Below are positions 38,636-47,894 of a stretch of DNA of 64,000 nt, piece by piece. Position 1 is the stretch's first letter. The number at the start of each line of letters is the position of its first letter. The notes beneath the pieces are model-generated. The model was not told the DNA's origin, searched no databases, and saw only the letters and a list, made by a program, of their open reading frames with translations. Source of the DNA: an uncultured archaeon (GTDB taxonomy: Archaea; Thermoplasmatota; Penumbrarchaeia; JASLWR01); assembly GCA_964342815.1 (NCBI GenBank), contig CAYFHS010000015.1, forward strand, positions 247 to 64,246. The letters run 5' to 3'. Both the position numbers and the translations under genes were made by a program.

Positions 38636-39724
38636 TCACCCGTAGCGACCGTATTTCAACATGATGTTGCACGACCCTTCGGAGGTAACCATGCATGGAC
38701 CAACAGGATTCTGCGGTGTACACACCTTTCCGAAAAGCGGGCATTCGTGGGAATGGATCAATCCTCTCAACACCTCCCCGCATCTGCAACCCTTGGGCTC
38801 TGTGAATTCCCTCCCCCTGAGTTCGAGTAGATCATCCTCAAACCTGACCCTTGCATCGTGCATTTCGTATTTCTTTCTGATACGCGAACCGCTAGCAGGT
38901 ATTACTCCGAAACCTCGCCAACTAACATCGCAGACCTCAAAAACCGTTTCCATTAGTTTGATGGCTTTAAGATTCCCATGAGACCTGACAGCTCTTCCAT
39001 AACCGTTTATCAATTTTCCCTCGCCCCTATTCACCTGAAGCGCCAGCTGGTATACTGCCATCATCAGGTCTAGGGGTTCGAAGCCGGTGATGACCTGGGG
39101 AACTCCGTATTCCGTTGAAAGGAACTCATATGGTGTTGAGCCGATAATGGTGGAAACATGTCCTGGTTCGATCAATCCGTCAAGTTTCAACTCACCCATC
39201 TCAACGATACCCTTCAGGGCAGGGGGGACCAATCGATGTGTGCACAATATCGAGAAATTCGAAGGTAAACCCTCTTTTCCGGATAGCACTGCAGCGGTGG
39301 ATGGTGCTGTGGTCTCGAATCCAATGGCCATGAAAACGACCTCGTGTCCGGGATTATCCCGTGCGATCACCACTGCATCGTCGATACTGTAGACCATTCT
39401 TACGTCCGCACCCCGGGATTGCATGTCAAAGAGTGTGAACTTTTCCCCGGGCACCCTCATCATATCGCCGAAGACAGTTATGGTCTTGCCCTTCTGGGCC
39501 AGGAGCATAACCTCCTCGATCTCTTCCGGAGGTGTAACGCAGACGGGACAACCGGGACCCTGACGGATATCCACACCAAGATCCAGGATCAATGAATCGA
39601 TTCCGTACCTGATGAAGGTATCCTGGTGCCCTCCACAAACATGCATAAGAGTTATATCGAGGTCCATTTCCTTCAATTTTGTTACGATCCGGTCGGCAAT
39701 TTCCTTGTCACGATACTTGAACAT
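38636..39724 (-). CDS. hypD: Hydrogenase maturation protein HypD
   Basis: MFKYRDKEIADRI...MHVCGGHQDT...GPGCPVCVTP...FETTAP... are HypD signatures. I moved the start to the ATG at 39724, overlapping the hypA stop by 17 nt. Confidence 0.92.
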   Translation of the reverse strand: MFKYRDKEIADRIVTKLKEMDLDITLMHVCGGHQDTFIRYGIDSLILDLGVDIRQGPGCPVCVTPPEEIEEVMLLAQKGKTITVFGDMMRVPGEKFTLFDMQSRGADVRMVYSIDDAVVIARDNPGHEVVFMAIGFETTAPSTAAVLSGKEGLPSNFSILCTHRLVPPALKGIVEMGELKLDGLIEPGHVSTIIGSTPYEFLSTEYGVPQVITGFEPLDLMMAVYQLALQVNRGEGKLINGYGRAVRSHGNLKAIKLMETVFEVCDVSWRGFGVIPASGSRIRKKYEMHDARVRFEDDLLELRGREFTEPKGCRCGEVLRGLIHSHECPLFGKVCTPQNPVGPCMVTSEGSCNIMLKYGRYG

Positions 39725-40157
39725 CGGGTACCTCCATTGTAATATTACGAATAATACATTCCTTGCCGGTGGTGATATTGGGTACGGCATTGCATACCGG
39801 ACATGAAATTAAGGGAAATATCTGATGAAAATCAGGTGTTTCCGAGTATTTTAGATCACCCTCATACCCGCAAACACATTGGATTGCGGCTTTTTTTTTC
39901 TTGACAATCAATTCTGCATTTTTCAGTATAGAAGAGCTTGCTGACGAGCCACAATTTCGATTAGGGTTCATAAGACTCGGATTTTCAAGCAAGACACCAT
40001 TTTTCAACACGTCAAAGGCGAATCCTAATTGTTCCTCTCCCAAAAATGTTAGTTCGCCTATTTCAAGAAATATTTTTGTTACCTCAGTCGCCCCATTCTT
40101 CTCTGCTTCAGCGATAACTGACCCCAGAATCTGGTTCATAACTGAGAGTTCATGCAC
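39708..40157 (-). CDS. hypA: Hydrogenase nickel-insertion protein HypA (with an internal insertion)
   Basis: MHELSVMNQILGSVIAEAEKNGA carries the MHE Ni-binding N-terminus. The zinc site is QCVCGYEG ... CPVCN; the first pair is CxC rather than the usual CxxC. An insert of about 35 aa (NPSLMNPNRNCGSSASSSILKN...) is present. Confidence 0.8.
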   Translation of the reverse strand: MHELSVMNQILGSVIAEAEKNGATEVTKIFLEIGELTFLGEEQLGFAFDVLKNGVLLENPSLMNPNRNCGSSASSSILKNAELIVKKKKAAIQCVCGYEGDLKYSETPDFHQIFPLISCPVCNAVPNITTGKECIIRNITMEVPDVQVS

Positions 40158-40180
40158 CTTTGATCCCTACCTCGCTTCTT

Positions 40181-40426
40181 TCATTCAATTTCACCGTGCT
40201 TTGATGCATCATCTTCCACAGAAAGAAGTTCGTCCCACAGTCGAAGCGTCACTTCTGCTTCTTTCCTGTCCATAACCTGGATCGCATAACCAGCATGAAC
40301 CAGAACGTATTGACCTACATCAACTTCGACCAAAGTAATGTTCACTGCCTTGATCAACCCACCGTAATCCACCTCTGCCCTATTTCCTGTTTTCTCCAAT
40401 ACTTTACCGGGGATCGCTAAACACAT
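40181..40426 (-). CDS. hypC: Hydrogenase assembly chaperone HypC
   Basis: MCLAIPGKVLE has the essential Cys-2. The start is placed at the ATG at 40426, not the upstream GTG at 40432. Confidence 0.85.
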   Translation of the reverse strand: MCLAIPGKVLEKTGNRAEVDYGGLIKAVNITLVEVDVGQYVLVHAGYAIQVMDRKEAEVTLRLWDELLSVEDDASKHGEIE

Positions 40427-40786
40427 GACCACTCTTAAAACTCTCTACCTATTTTAAGGTTATAACGAAATTGCCGACTATTGAAATCCTTCCAAGTAAA
40501 AAATAAGTTCGAATATTCCATTAATTCAGTTTTGCACAATCGATTGTTATTTTTCGGTATAAAGTCTGAATCCATACTGTCCGAAAATACACAATCGTTA
40601 AAACTAACCTCATTTCATCCAACAAATTATTTAAATTACGACATAAATGTTCAGCTTGTATATTGTTAAAGTAATCCAGGTTTATAATTGAATTTCCACT
40701 GCGTTGCTTACGGAGTACCGGTCACTTGAAATAAGCCGTGTGTTTGGTAAGTATATCAAAAAAATCCGTCGTAATGGAGGGGTAGA

Positions 40787-42814
40787 ATGTCAATTGATGA
40801 GAATTCCGAAAGCGAAGAGCCGAAAGTGGGTGTTTACGTTTGTGAGTGCGGCATCAATATCAGTGCCGTTGTAGACGTTCAGGATGTATCGAAATACAAC
40901 GAAACTCTTCAAAATGTCGTTACGAGCAAAGTTTACAAATACATGTGTTCCGACCCAGGACAGAACATGATCAAAAAGGATATCGAGGAATTGGGGCTTA
41001 ACAGGGTAGTGGTGGCATCTTGTTCACCCCGTATGCATGAACCGACTTTCAGGAACGCAGTGGCTGACGGCGGATTGAATCCATATCTCTTTGAAATGAC
41101 AAACATTCGCGAACATTGCTCCTGGGTACATAAAGATTCCCCGGAGGAAGCCACTGAAAAGGCAAAAGATCTCATCAGAATGGCAGTGGCAAAAGCAAGA
41201 TTGCTCGAGCCTTTGGAGAAATCCGAAGTACCGGTGGAACCAACAGCTGTTGTGATAGGTGCGGGTATAGCTGGGATACAGGCCGCCTTGAGCATAGCCG
41301 ATAACGGCTTCAAGGTATATCTCGTTGAAAGAACGCCCTCGGTGGGTGGACGGATGTCTCAACTGGATAAAACCTTCCCCACTCTGGATTGCTCAGCATG
41401 TATACTAACACCGCGCATGGTGGACGTGGCAAGACACCCGAACATTGAGTTGCTTACCTATTCCGAAGTCACGGAGGTAAGTGGTTACATAGGAAATTTT
41501 TCCGTGAAGATCACCAAAAAACCAAGGTATATCGATATTGAAAAATGTGTAGGCTGCGGACTATGTGCATCCGCCTGTCGTCTTACCGGAAGAATTCCGA
41601 ATGAATTCAACCTTGGGATGGATAAACGAGCCGTTCCATATATTCCTTTCCCTCAGGCCGTACCTTTGAAGTTCACCATTGATGGATCCCGTTGTCTCAT
41701 GGTTACCCGTGGAAAATGTGGAGATCATCCATTGTGTGCTGAAGCATGTGATGCCGATGCCATCGATTTCGAGCAAAAACCGGAAGAAATCGAACTCAAG
41801 GTAGGTACTATAGTAATCGCCTCGGGATTCGATATGTACGATCCCTCCCATAAGCCGGAGTACGGGTACGGAAAGTACAAAAACGTCATTACGGGTTTGG
41901 AGTTCGAAAGGCTGGTATCCTCCTCCGGACCAACCGGAGGTCACATTGAGATCGAGGGGGTCGAACCAAAAAACGTCGTCCTCATCCAGTGTGTCGGTTC
42001 CCGGGAAAGGGAAGAAGGCGGTAATTCTTATTGCTCGAGAGTTTGCTGCATGTATACCGCAAAACACGGACACCTTATCCACGAGAAAATACCTGATGCC
42101 AATATTACAATCTTATATACTGACGTTAGAGCTTTCGGAAAGGGATTCGAAGAATTCTACAACCGTGTGAAAGGCGAAGGAGTGAATTATGTAAAGAGAG
42201 AACTTGAGGAGCCCATCGAAGTAGTTGCCAAAAATCCCGAGGGGGATGATAATCTCCTGATGATAAAAAGTGGTGATGCACCCCCTCTGGAGGCTGACAT
42301 GGTGGTTCTTGCAACCGCCATCGTCCCAAGGGAGGATGCGAAGAAGAAGATCGGCCAGGTATTGAAGATATCTACCGGGGCAGACGGGTTCTTTCTGGAG
42401 GCCCATCCCAAATTACGCCCCATCGATACGATCACCAGCGGTATATTTTTAGCCGGATGCGGTCAAGGTCCGAAAGATATTCCCGATACTGTCGCCCAGG
42501 CCTCTGGCGCGGCTAAACGAGCGGCAATACCTCTTGCCCAGGGACGAGTCGAACTCGAACCTTTGAAATCGTTTCTGGTGGATAAAAACTGCGACGGATG
42601 CGCATACTGTATCGATCCCTGTCCGTACAATGCGCTCACGCTCATCGAATACATGAAAAAGGGAGATATGAAAAAAACCGTACAGGTGACCGAAGCTCTA
42701 TGCCAGGGTTGCGGGGTATGCCAGGCCACCTGTCCCAAGCAGGGTATAGTTGTTAAGGGCTTCAAATTGGCCCAGTTGAATGCCATGGTCGATGCGGCTC
42801 TGGAGGTGGCATAA
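40787..42814 (+). CDS. hdrA: Heterodisulfide reductase subunit A-like flavoprotein, full length
   Basis: VGVYVCECGINIS..., FAD fingerprint VVIGAGIAGIQAAL, CSACILTPRM, inserted ferredoxin CVGCGLCASAC, LIQCVGSRE...YCSRVCCMYTAKH, and a C-terminal 2x[4Fe-4S] domain (CDGCAYCIDPCP, CQGCGVCQATCP). Confidence 0.9.
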   Translation: MSIDENSESEEPKVGVYVCECGINISAVVDVQDVSKYNETLQNVVTSKVYKYMCSDPGQNMIKKDIEELGLNRVVVASCSPRMHEPTFRNAVADGGLNPYLFEMTNIREHCSWVHKDSPEEATEKAKDLIRMAVAKARLLEPLEKSEVPVEPTAVVIGAGIAGIQAALSIADNGFKVYLVERTPSVGGRMSQLDKTFPTLDCSACILTPRMVDVARHPNIELLTYSEVTEVSGYIGNFSVKITKKPRYIDIEKCVGCGLCASACRLTGRIPNEFNLGMDKRAVPYIPFPQAVPLKFTIDGSRCLMVTRGKCGDHPLCAEACDADAIDFEQKPEEIELKVGTIVIASGFDMYDPSHKPEYGYGKYKNVITGLEFERLVSSSGPTGGHIEIEGVEPKNVVLIQCVGSREREEGGNSYCSRVCCMYTAKHGHLIHEKIPDANITILYTDVRAFGKGFEEFYNRVKGEGVNYVKRELEEPIEVVAKNPEGDDNLLMIKSGDAPPLEADMVVLATAIVPREDAKKKIGQVLKISTGADGFFLEAHPKLRPIDTITSGIFLAGCGQGPKDIPDTVAQASGAAKRAAIPLAQGRVELEPLKSFLVDKNCDGCAYCIDPCPYNALTLIEYMKKGDMKKTVQVTEALCQGCGVCQATCPKQGIVVKGFKLAQLNAMVDAALEVA

Positions 42815-44071
42815 ATGAAGATAGGCGTTTATGTCTGTGAATGCGGCATCAATATTGCTGCAACCGTTGACGTGGAAAAGGTTGTCGAATACGTCAAAGA
42901 TATACCAAAAGTCGCAGTTACAAGATATTACAAATATATGTGCTCGGACCCCGGCCAGACCCTTATAAAGAAAGATATTGAGGAGCTTGGCCTTGACCGT
43001 GTTGTTGTTGCATCTTGCTCTCCAAGGATGCATGAGCTCACCTTCAGGACCGTTTGCAAGGAAGCGGGTCTGAATCCATTCTGTTTCGAGATGGCAAATA
43101 TACGTGAGCAGTGTTCCTGGGTTCACAAGGACAAAGAGAGAGGTACTGAAAAGGCGATTTCACTGGTAATGTCTGCAGTGGCACGGGCCGCCCTACTGGA
43201 GCCTTTGCAGATGAAAAAAGTTGGAGTAGTACCGAATGCAATGGTCATTGGCGCAGGTATCGCAGGAATACAGGCGGCATTGGACATAGCTGATACCGGA
43301 TACAAGACCTACCTCGTGGAGCGGACCGCAAGCGTTGGCGGCAGGATGTCTCAACTGGATAAAACATTCCCCACGCTGGACTGTTCAGCATGTATATTGA
43401 CCCCGAAGATGGTGGATGTTGCGAGGCACCCGAATATAGAGTTGTTAACTTATTCCGAAGTGGAGAACATTGACGGTTACGTGGGTAATTTCAAGGTCCG
43501 GGTGAGAAAGAGAGCCCGCTCAGTAGACGAGTCTAAATGTACCGGTTGCGGAGTTTGTACGGAGAACTGCCCCATATCGCTCCAAATCCAATTACAGGAT
43601 AAACCCGATGAAGCTCCAGTTGTGAGAGATCGGGAATATATTGAGGAACTGATTGAGAAGAACTCCTATCACGAGGGACCACTTGTACAGATCATGTTGG
43701 AAGTAAACGATAAATACCGATATCTACCTAGAGATGTTCTTGAATATCTATCGTATAAACTTGAGATACCCATGACCACGATTTATCGTGTGGCAACTTT
43801 CTACAAGTCCTTCAGTCTGGAAAAAAGAGGGAAATTTCACATAAAGATATGTCTGGGTACTGCGTGTCATGTAAGAGGGGCGAGGAACATACTCGATAGG
43901 GTAAAGAGTTCCATATCCGGTGCTGAGGAAGGTTTGTTTTCCATCGAGACAGTCAACTGTCTTGGTGCTTGTGCTCTGGGTCCAATTATGGTGATAAATG
44001 ATGAGGTTCACGGTAACGTGACAGTAGATAATGTAGATAAAATAATTTCTAACCTGGGGGTGAATGAATGA
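42815..44071 (+). CDS. Fusion protein: N-terminal half of an HdrA paralog plus a NuoE/HoxE-type thioredoxin-like [2Fe-2S] domain
   Basis: Residues 1 to about 250 are roughly two-thirds identical by eye to the N-terminal half of the upstream hdrA (IGVYVCECGINIA..., MVIGAGIAGIQAAL, CSACILTPKM, CTGCGVCTENCP). The protein then switches to LPRDVLEYLSYKLEIPMTTIYRVATFYKSF...ICLGTACHVRGA...VNCLGACALGPIMVIN, the NuoE pattern. ATG 42815 directly follows the hdrA stop. Confidence 0.8.
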   Translation: MKIGVYVCECGINIAATVDVEKVVEYVKDIPKVAVTRYYKYMCSDPGQTLIKKDIEELGLDRVVVASCSPRMHELTFRTVCKEAGLNPFCFEMANIREQCSWVHKDKERGTEKAISLVMSAVARAALLEPLQMKKVGVVPNAMVIGAGIAGIQAALDIADTGYKTYLVERTASVGGRMSQLDKTFPTLDCSACILTPKMVDVARHPNIELLTYSEVENIDGYVGNFKVRVRKRARSVDESKCTGCGVCTENCPISLQIQLQDKPDEAPVVRDREYIEELIEKNSYHEGPLVQIMLEVNDKYRYLPRDVLEYLSYKLEIPMTTIYRVATFYKSFSLEKRGKFHIKICLGTACHVRGARNILDRVKSSISGAEEGLFSIETVNCLGACALGPIMVINDEVHGNVTVDNVDKIISNLGVNE

Positions 44072-45933
44072 ATAAGTTGCAAAACCCCGGAGAATTGGAA
44101 AAGCTGAAAAGGACCATCCAAGATGGTAGAGACCCCAAAAAACCTATAATAACAATATGTGGCGGGACCGGATGCAAAGCCTCCGGATGCGATGATATAA
44201 TTGGCATCTTTAAAAATGAGATCGAGAAACAAAACCTGGGAAATAAGGTGGACATTCGAATTACCGGATGCCATGGATTTTGCGAAAAAGGCCCTCTCGT
44301 TGTCATTCATCCCAAAAAGATATGCTATCCCAGGGTAAAAGGAGAGGATGTTTCGAGAATTATTTCAGAGACGGTAATGAACGATACGGTGATTGATGAA
44401 CTGCTCTATGTCGATCCAATCTCAGGTGAAAAAATAACCTATGAATATGACATACCATTCTACAAAAAGCAGACGAGGACAATTTTCGGAAGTAATGGCC
44501 ATATCGACCCCACCAGTATTGAAGATTATATTGCCATCGGTGGATATTCCGCCCTTTCGAAGACGCTAAGCAATATGACCCCAGGTAGCGTTATCGAGGA
44601 AATAAAGAGTTCAGGGTTGAGAGGAAGGGGAGGTGGAGGATTTTCTACAGGTAGAAAATGGGCGACCGCAGCCAAATTCGATACGGAGAAGAAATACATA
44701 TTATGCAATGCGGACGAGGGAGATCCCGGGGCATACATGGATCGTAGCGTTCTCGAAGGAAACCCCCACAGCGTGATCGAAGGTATGATCATCGGCGCAT
44801 TCGCAGTTGGGTCCAATGACGGTTATATCTATGTCAGAGCCGAATACCCGCTGGCCGTCTCTCATTTCATAAAAGCCCTGGAAACTGCAAGAGAATATGG
44901 GCTCCTGGGCACGAACATATTGGGAAGCGGATTTGATTTTGACATAAGGGTCTATCAGGGTGGTGGCGCCTTCGTTTGCGGAGAATCGTCAGCTCTCATT
45001 CAATCCATCGAAGGAAAGGTGGGCGAACCCAGAGCAAAGCACATCCACGCTACGGAAAAAGGCCTATGGGGATACCCAACCGTATTGAACAACGTCGAAA
45101 CCTGGGCCAACGTTCCACTGATAATCAACAAGGGTGCCGATTGGTATGCTGGTATAGGTACCGATGGGAGTAAAGGAACGAAAATATTTTCTCTCGTCGG
45201 GAAGATAAACAATACCGGTCTGGTGGAAGTCCCCATGGGTATTACCATAAGGGAAATAGTATATGATATCGGCGGGGGAATACCCGAAGGAAAAAAATTC
45301 AAAGCAATTCAAACCGGCGGCCCCTCCGGTGGATGCATTCCCGAATCACTGATCGACATGGCAATCGATTTCGACGAATTAACAAAAGCCGGCTCCATGA
45401 TGGGATCCGGGGGAATGATCGTGATGGATGAAGGGACCTGTATGGTTGATGTCGCCAAATATTTTATCGAATTCAACCTCGATGAGTCCTGCGGCAAATG
45501 CGTGTCTTGCAGGGAAGGCAATGCACGGATATTGGAAATACTTGAAGACATCTGTCAAGGCAATGGCAATGAAAATTCGATACCCATGCTGGAGGAATTT
45601 GCAGATCATGTGAAGGACCTCTCGCTGTGTGGGCTTGGAAAGACTGCTCCAAATCCGGTTCTTACGACACTGCGGTATTTCAAAGACGAATATCTTGCCC
45701 ATATCGAGAAAAAAGAGTGCCCCGCGAAGACCTGCAAGCCACTGATACGCTATGTCATAGACCCGGATGCATGCAAAGGCTGCAGAGCCTGTGCGCGAAA
45801 ATGTCCGGTTGAGGCGATTACCGGTGAAAAGAAAGAACCACATGTTATCGATGGAAATATTTGTACAAAATGCGGCACGTGTATCGAGACATGTAAATTC
45901 AATTCTATAATAATTGAAACGGGGGGGGTATAA
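44068..45933 (+). CDS. NuoF/HydB-type NAD(H)- and FMN-binding iron-sulfur flavoprotein
   Basis: N-terminal thioredoxin-like [2Fe-2S] domain (ITICGGTGCKASGC...ITGCHGFCEKGPLV). SGLRGRGGGGFSTGRKW is the FMN motif. NADEGDPGAYMDR is the NADH site. ESCGKCVSCREG is an N3-type cluster. The C-terminus has 2x[4Fe-4S] (CKGCRACARKCP, CTKCGTCIETC). It overlaps the upstream stop (ATGA). Confidence 0.88.
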   Translation: MNKLQNPGELEKLKRTIQDGRDPKKPIITICGGTGCKASGCDDIIGIFKNEIEKQNLGNKVDIRITGCHGFCEKGPLVVIHPKKICYPRVKGEDVSRIISETVMNDTVIDELLYVDPISGEKITYEYDIPFYKKQTRTIFGSNGHIDPTSIEDYIAIGGYSALSKTLSNMTPGSVIEEIKSSGLRGRGGGGFSTGRKWATAAKFDTEKKYILCNADEGDPGAYMDRSVLEGNPHSVIEGMIIGAFAVGSNDGYIYVRAEYPLAVSHFIKALETAREYGLLGTNILGSGFDFDIRVYQGGGAFVCGESSALIQSIEGKVGEPRAKHIHATEKGLWGYPTVLNNVETWANVPLIINKGADWYAGIGTDGSKGTKIFSLVGKINNTGLVEVPMGITIREIVYDIGGGIPEGKKFKAIQTGGPSGGCIPESLIDMAIDFDELTKAGSMMGSGGMIVMDEGTCMVDVAKYFIEFNLDESCGKCVSCREGNARILEILEDICQGNGNENSIPMLEEFADHVKDLSLCGLGKTAPNPVLTTLRYFKDEYLAHIEKKECPAKTCKPLIRYVIDPDACKGCRACARKCPVEAITGEKKEPHVIDGNICTKCGTCIETCKFNSIIIETGGV

Positions 45934-45934
45934 A

Positions 45935-47707
45935 ATGGTCATGATCGAGATCAACGGGACGAAGTTCGACGCCCCGAAAGGCAAAATGGTTCTCGAAGTT
46001 GCGAAGGAAAATAAAATCGACATTCCAACGCTTTGTTATCATAAAGCTCTTCCACCCTACGGGGCCTGTCAGCTCTGCGTTGTGGAGATTCTGAAGAACG
46101 GATGGTCCAAACTTGCAACATCCTGTACCCTACCGGTGATGGAGGGTTTGAAGGTTGAGACCGATTCCGAGCGTGTTATAAAAAGAAGAAAAATGAATAT
46201 AGAACTTATGCTGGGTCGCTGCCCGGAAGAAGAAGTTCTCCTGAAACTGGCCCAGGAGTATAATGTTGGAAAACCAAGATTCAAGGAAATGGATGACGAT
46301 TGCATCCTATGCGGATTGTGTGTCAGAATGTGCGAGCGGATGGGTATGGAGGCAATTAGCTTTACCGGTCGTGGCAAGGACCGTGATCTGGGAACGCCTT
46401 TCAAGGAAAAATCAGACGTCTGCATGACCTGCGGTGCCTGTTTATACGTCTGCCCCACATCGAGATTTTCAAGTGAGGAAGTCGAAAGTATTAGTGGAAA
46501 CAAACCACTGCCGATTCCTGCGGAATTCAACGCAGGAATGGAACCCCGCCCAGTAATAAGTATTCCTTTTCCCCAGGCGGTACCAAAAATACCTGTTATA
46601 GACAGGGAACGGTGTGTCCATTTTCAGACGGGTAATTGTAAGACATGCGAAACTTTTTGCGAACCGGGAGCCATCGATTACGAGCAGGAAGATGAGATAT
46701 TGGATCTTGATATAGGTTCTATTATCGTCGCTACGGGTTTCGATCTCTTCGATCCATCGATAAAACCTCAGTATGGCTATGGGAAATTCTCGAATGTGCT
46801 CACCGGCCTGGAATTCGAGCGGCTGGTTTCGGCGTCCGGTCCGACTGAAGGCCACGTTGAACTCAATGGTAAAGAACCCAAAAGGGTGGTGTTCATACAG
46901 TGCGTAGGTTCGAGAGACAAGGAGGGCCATGAATACTGTTCACGTGTTTGTTGCATGTACACTGCTAAACACGCTCATCTCGTGGGAGACAAGGTACCCG
47001 GTGCGGAGATAACAATTTTTTATACCGATGTAAGGGCTTTTGGGAAGGGATTCGAAGAGTTCTATGTCAGGGTACAGGAGGAAGGCGTGGATTACAGGAG
47101 AAGAGAATTGGACGATTTTATCGAGGTTGTCCAGAAGGATGATAGTGATAGTTTAGTTGTTAGGGCGGAGGGTCATCCGGATATCGAAGCTGATCTGGTT
47201 GTGTTGGCCACGGCCATCGAGCCGAGAAAGGATGCCGGCAAGATGATGAATATTCTGAACATCACCCAGAGCGGCGACGGTTTCATGCTGGAGGCTCACC
47301 CGAAACTACGACCTGTGGATACCTTCACAGACGGTGTTTTCCTGGCAGGATGCTGCCAGGCACCGCGGGATATACCGGATACGGTGGCACAGGCGAGTGG
47401 GGCCGCCGCAATGGCATGCAGTATTCTTTCGAAGGATAATCTCGAGATCGATCCTCTGACGTCTTATGTGGACGAGGCATTATGTCGGGGCTGCGGTTTC
47501 TGTGTCGAGGTCTGCCCGTACGATGCCCTTTCGCTGGAAGAAGTGAACCGGTTCGGACATCTGGTTGATGTGGCAAAGGTCAACGAGGCGCTTTGCAAGG
47601 GTTGCGGTTCATGTGTAGGCACCTGCTTGTCGGGTGCGATACAGGTTAGAGGATATAATGATAAACAGATACATGCCGCCATCAGCGCACTGGGGGTGAC
47701 CAAATGA
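45935..47707 (+). CDS. Fusion protein: NuoG-N-terminal-type [2Fe-2S]/[4Fe-4S] domain plus the C-terminal half of an HdrA paralog
   Basis: N-terminus MVMIEINGTKFDAPKG...IPTLCYHKALPPYGACQLCVVEI, CILCGLCVRMCE and CMTCGACLYVCP. From ISIPFPQAVPKIPVID onward it is collinear with the second half of hdrA (IVATGFDLFDP, GLEFERLVSASGPT, FIQCVGSRD..YCSRVCCMYTAKH, FLAGCCQAPRDIPDTVAQASGAA, C-terminal CRGCGFCVEVCP/CKGCGSCVGTC). The start is the ATG at 45935 after a G-run; the track ORF starts at TTG 45914. Confidence 0.8.
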   Translation: MVMIEINGTKFDAPKGKMVLEVAKENKIDIPTLCYHKALPPYGACQLCVVEILKNGWSKLATSCTLPVMEGLKVETDSERVIKRRKMNIELMLGRCPEEEVLLKLAQEYNVGKPRFKEMDDDCILCGLCVRMCERMGMEAISFTGRGKDRDLGTPFKEKSDVCMTCGACLYVCPTSRFSSEEVESISGNKPLPIPAEFNAGMEPRPVISIPFPQAVPKIPVIDRERCVHFQTGNCKTCETFCEPGAIDYEQEDEILDLDIGSIIVATGFDLFDPSIKPQYGYGKFSNVLTGLEFERLVSASGPTEGHVELNGKEPKRVVFIQCVGSRDKEGHEYCSRVCCMYTAKHAHLVGDKVPGAEITIFYTDVRAFGKGFEEFYVRVQEEGVDYRRRELDDFIEVVQKDDSDSLVVRAEGHPDIEADLVVLATAIEPRKDAGKMMNILNITQSGDGFMLEAHPKLRPVDTFTDGVFLAGCCQAPRDIPDTVAQASGAAAMACSILSKDNLEIDPLTSYVDEALCRGCGFCVEVCPYDALSLEEVNRFGHLVDVAKVNEALCKGCGSCVGTCLSGAIQVRGYNDKQIHAAISALGVTK

Positions 47708-47724
47708 GCGAGGAAGTACAAGCT

Positions 47725-47765
47725 GAGTTCGAACCAGACATCGTTGCCTTTCTATGTAATTGGTG
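47725..47765 (+). repeat. Direct repeat copy 1 (41 nt, 37/41 identical to 47901-47941)
   Basis: gagttcgaaccagacatcgttgcctttctatgtaattggtg versus gagttcgaaccaaatatcgtagcctttctatgtaactggtg. The offset is 176 nt. Confidence 0.9.
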
Positions 47766-47768
47766 GAG

Positions 47769-47820
47769 TTTTTTTCTTTGTGCAATTTTCTGTGCTGGCT
47801 CCCCCTCGCAAAGAAAAAAA
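47769..47820. repeat. 12-bp perfect inverted repeat within the inserted segment
   Basis: TTTTTTTCTTTG (47769-47780) and CAAAGAAAAAAA (47809-47820), separated by 28 nt. Confidence 0.85.
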
Positions 47821-47894
47821 TTCGGAAATGAAGAAACTCGAGGGAGCCTGCTCGAAAATTGTTACTCACTTCGTTCGCAGAAGGAGGTGGTTAT

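Noticed and set aside
39708-40157. Calling hypA a pseudogene because of the CxC first zinc pair and the ~35-aa insert
   Set aside because: The frame is intact, the MHE nickel-binding N-terminus and the CPxC pair are present, and the gene sits in a complete hyp operon. I treat it as a divergent but probably functional HypA.
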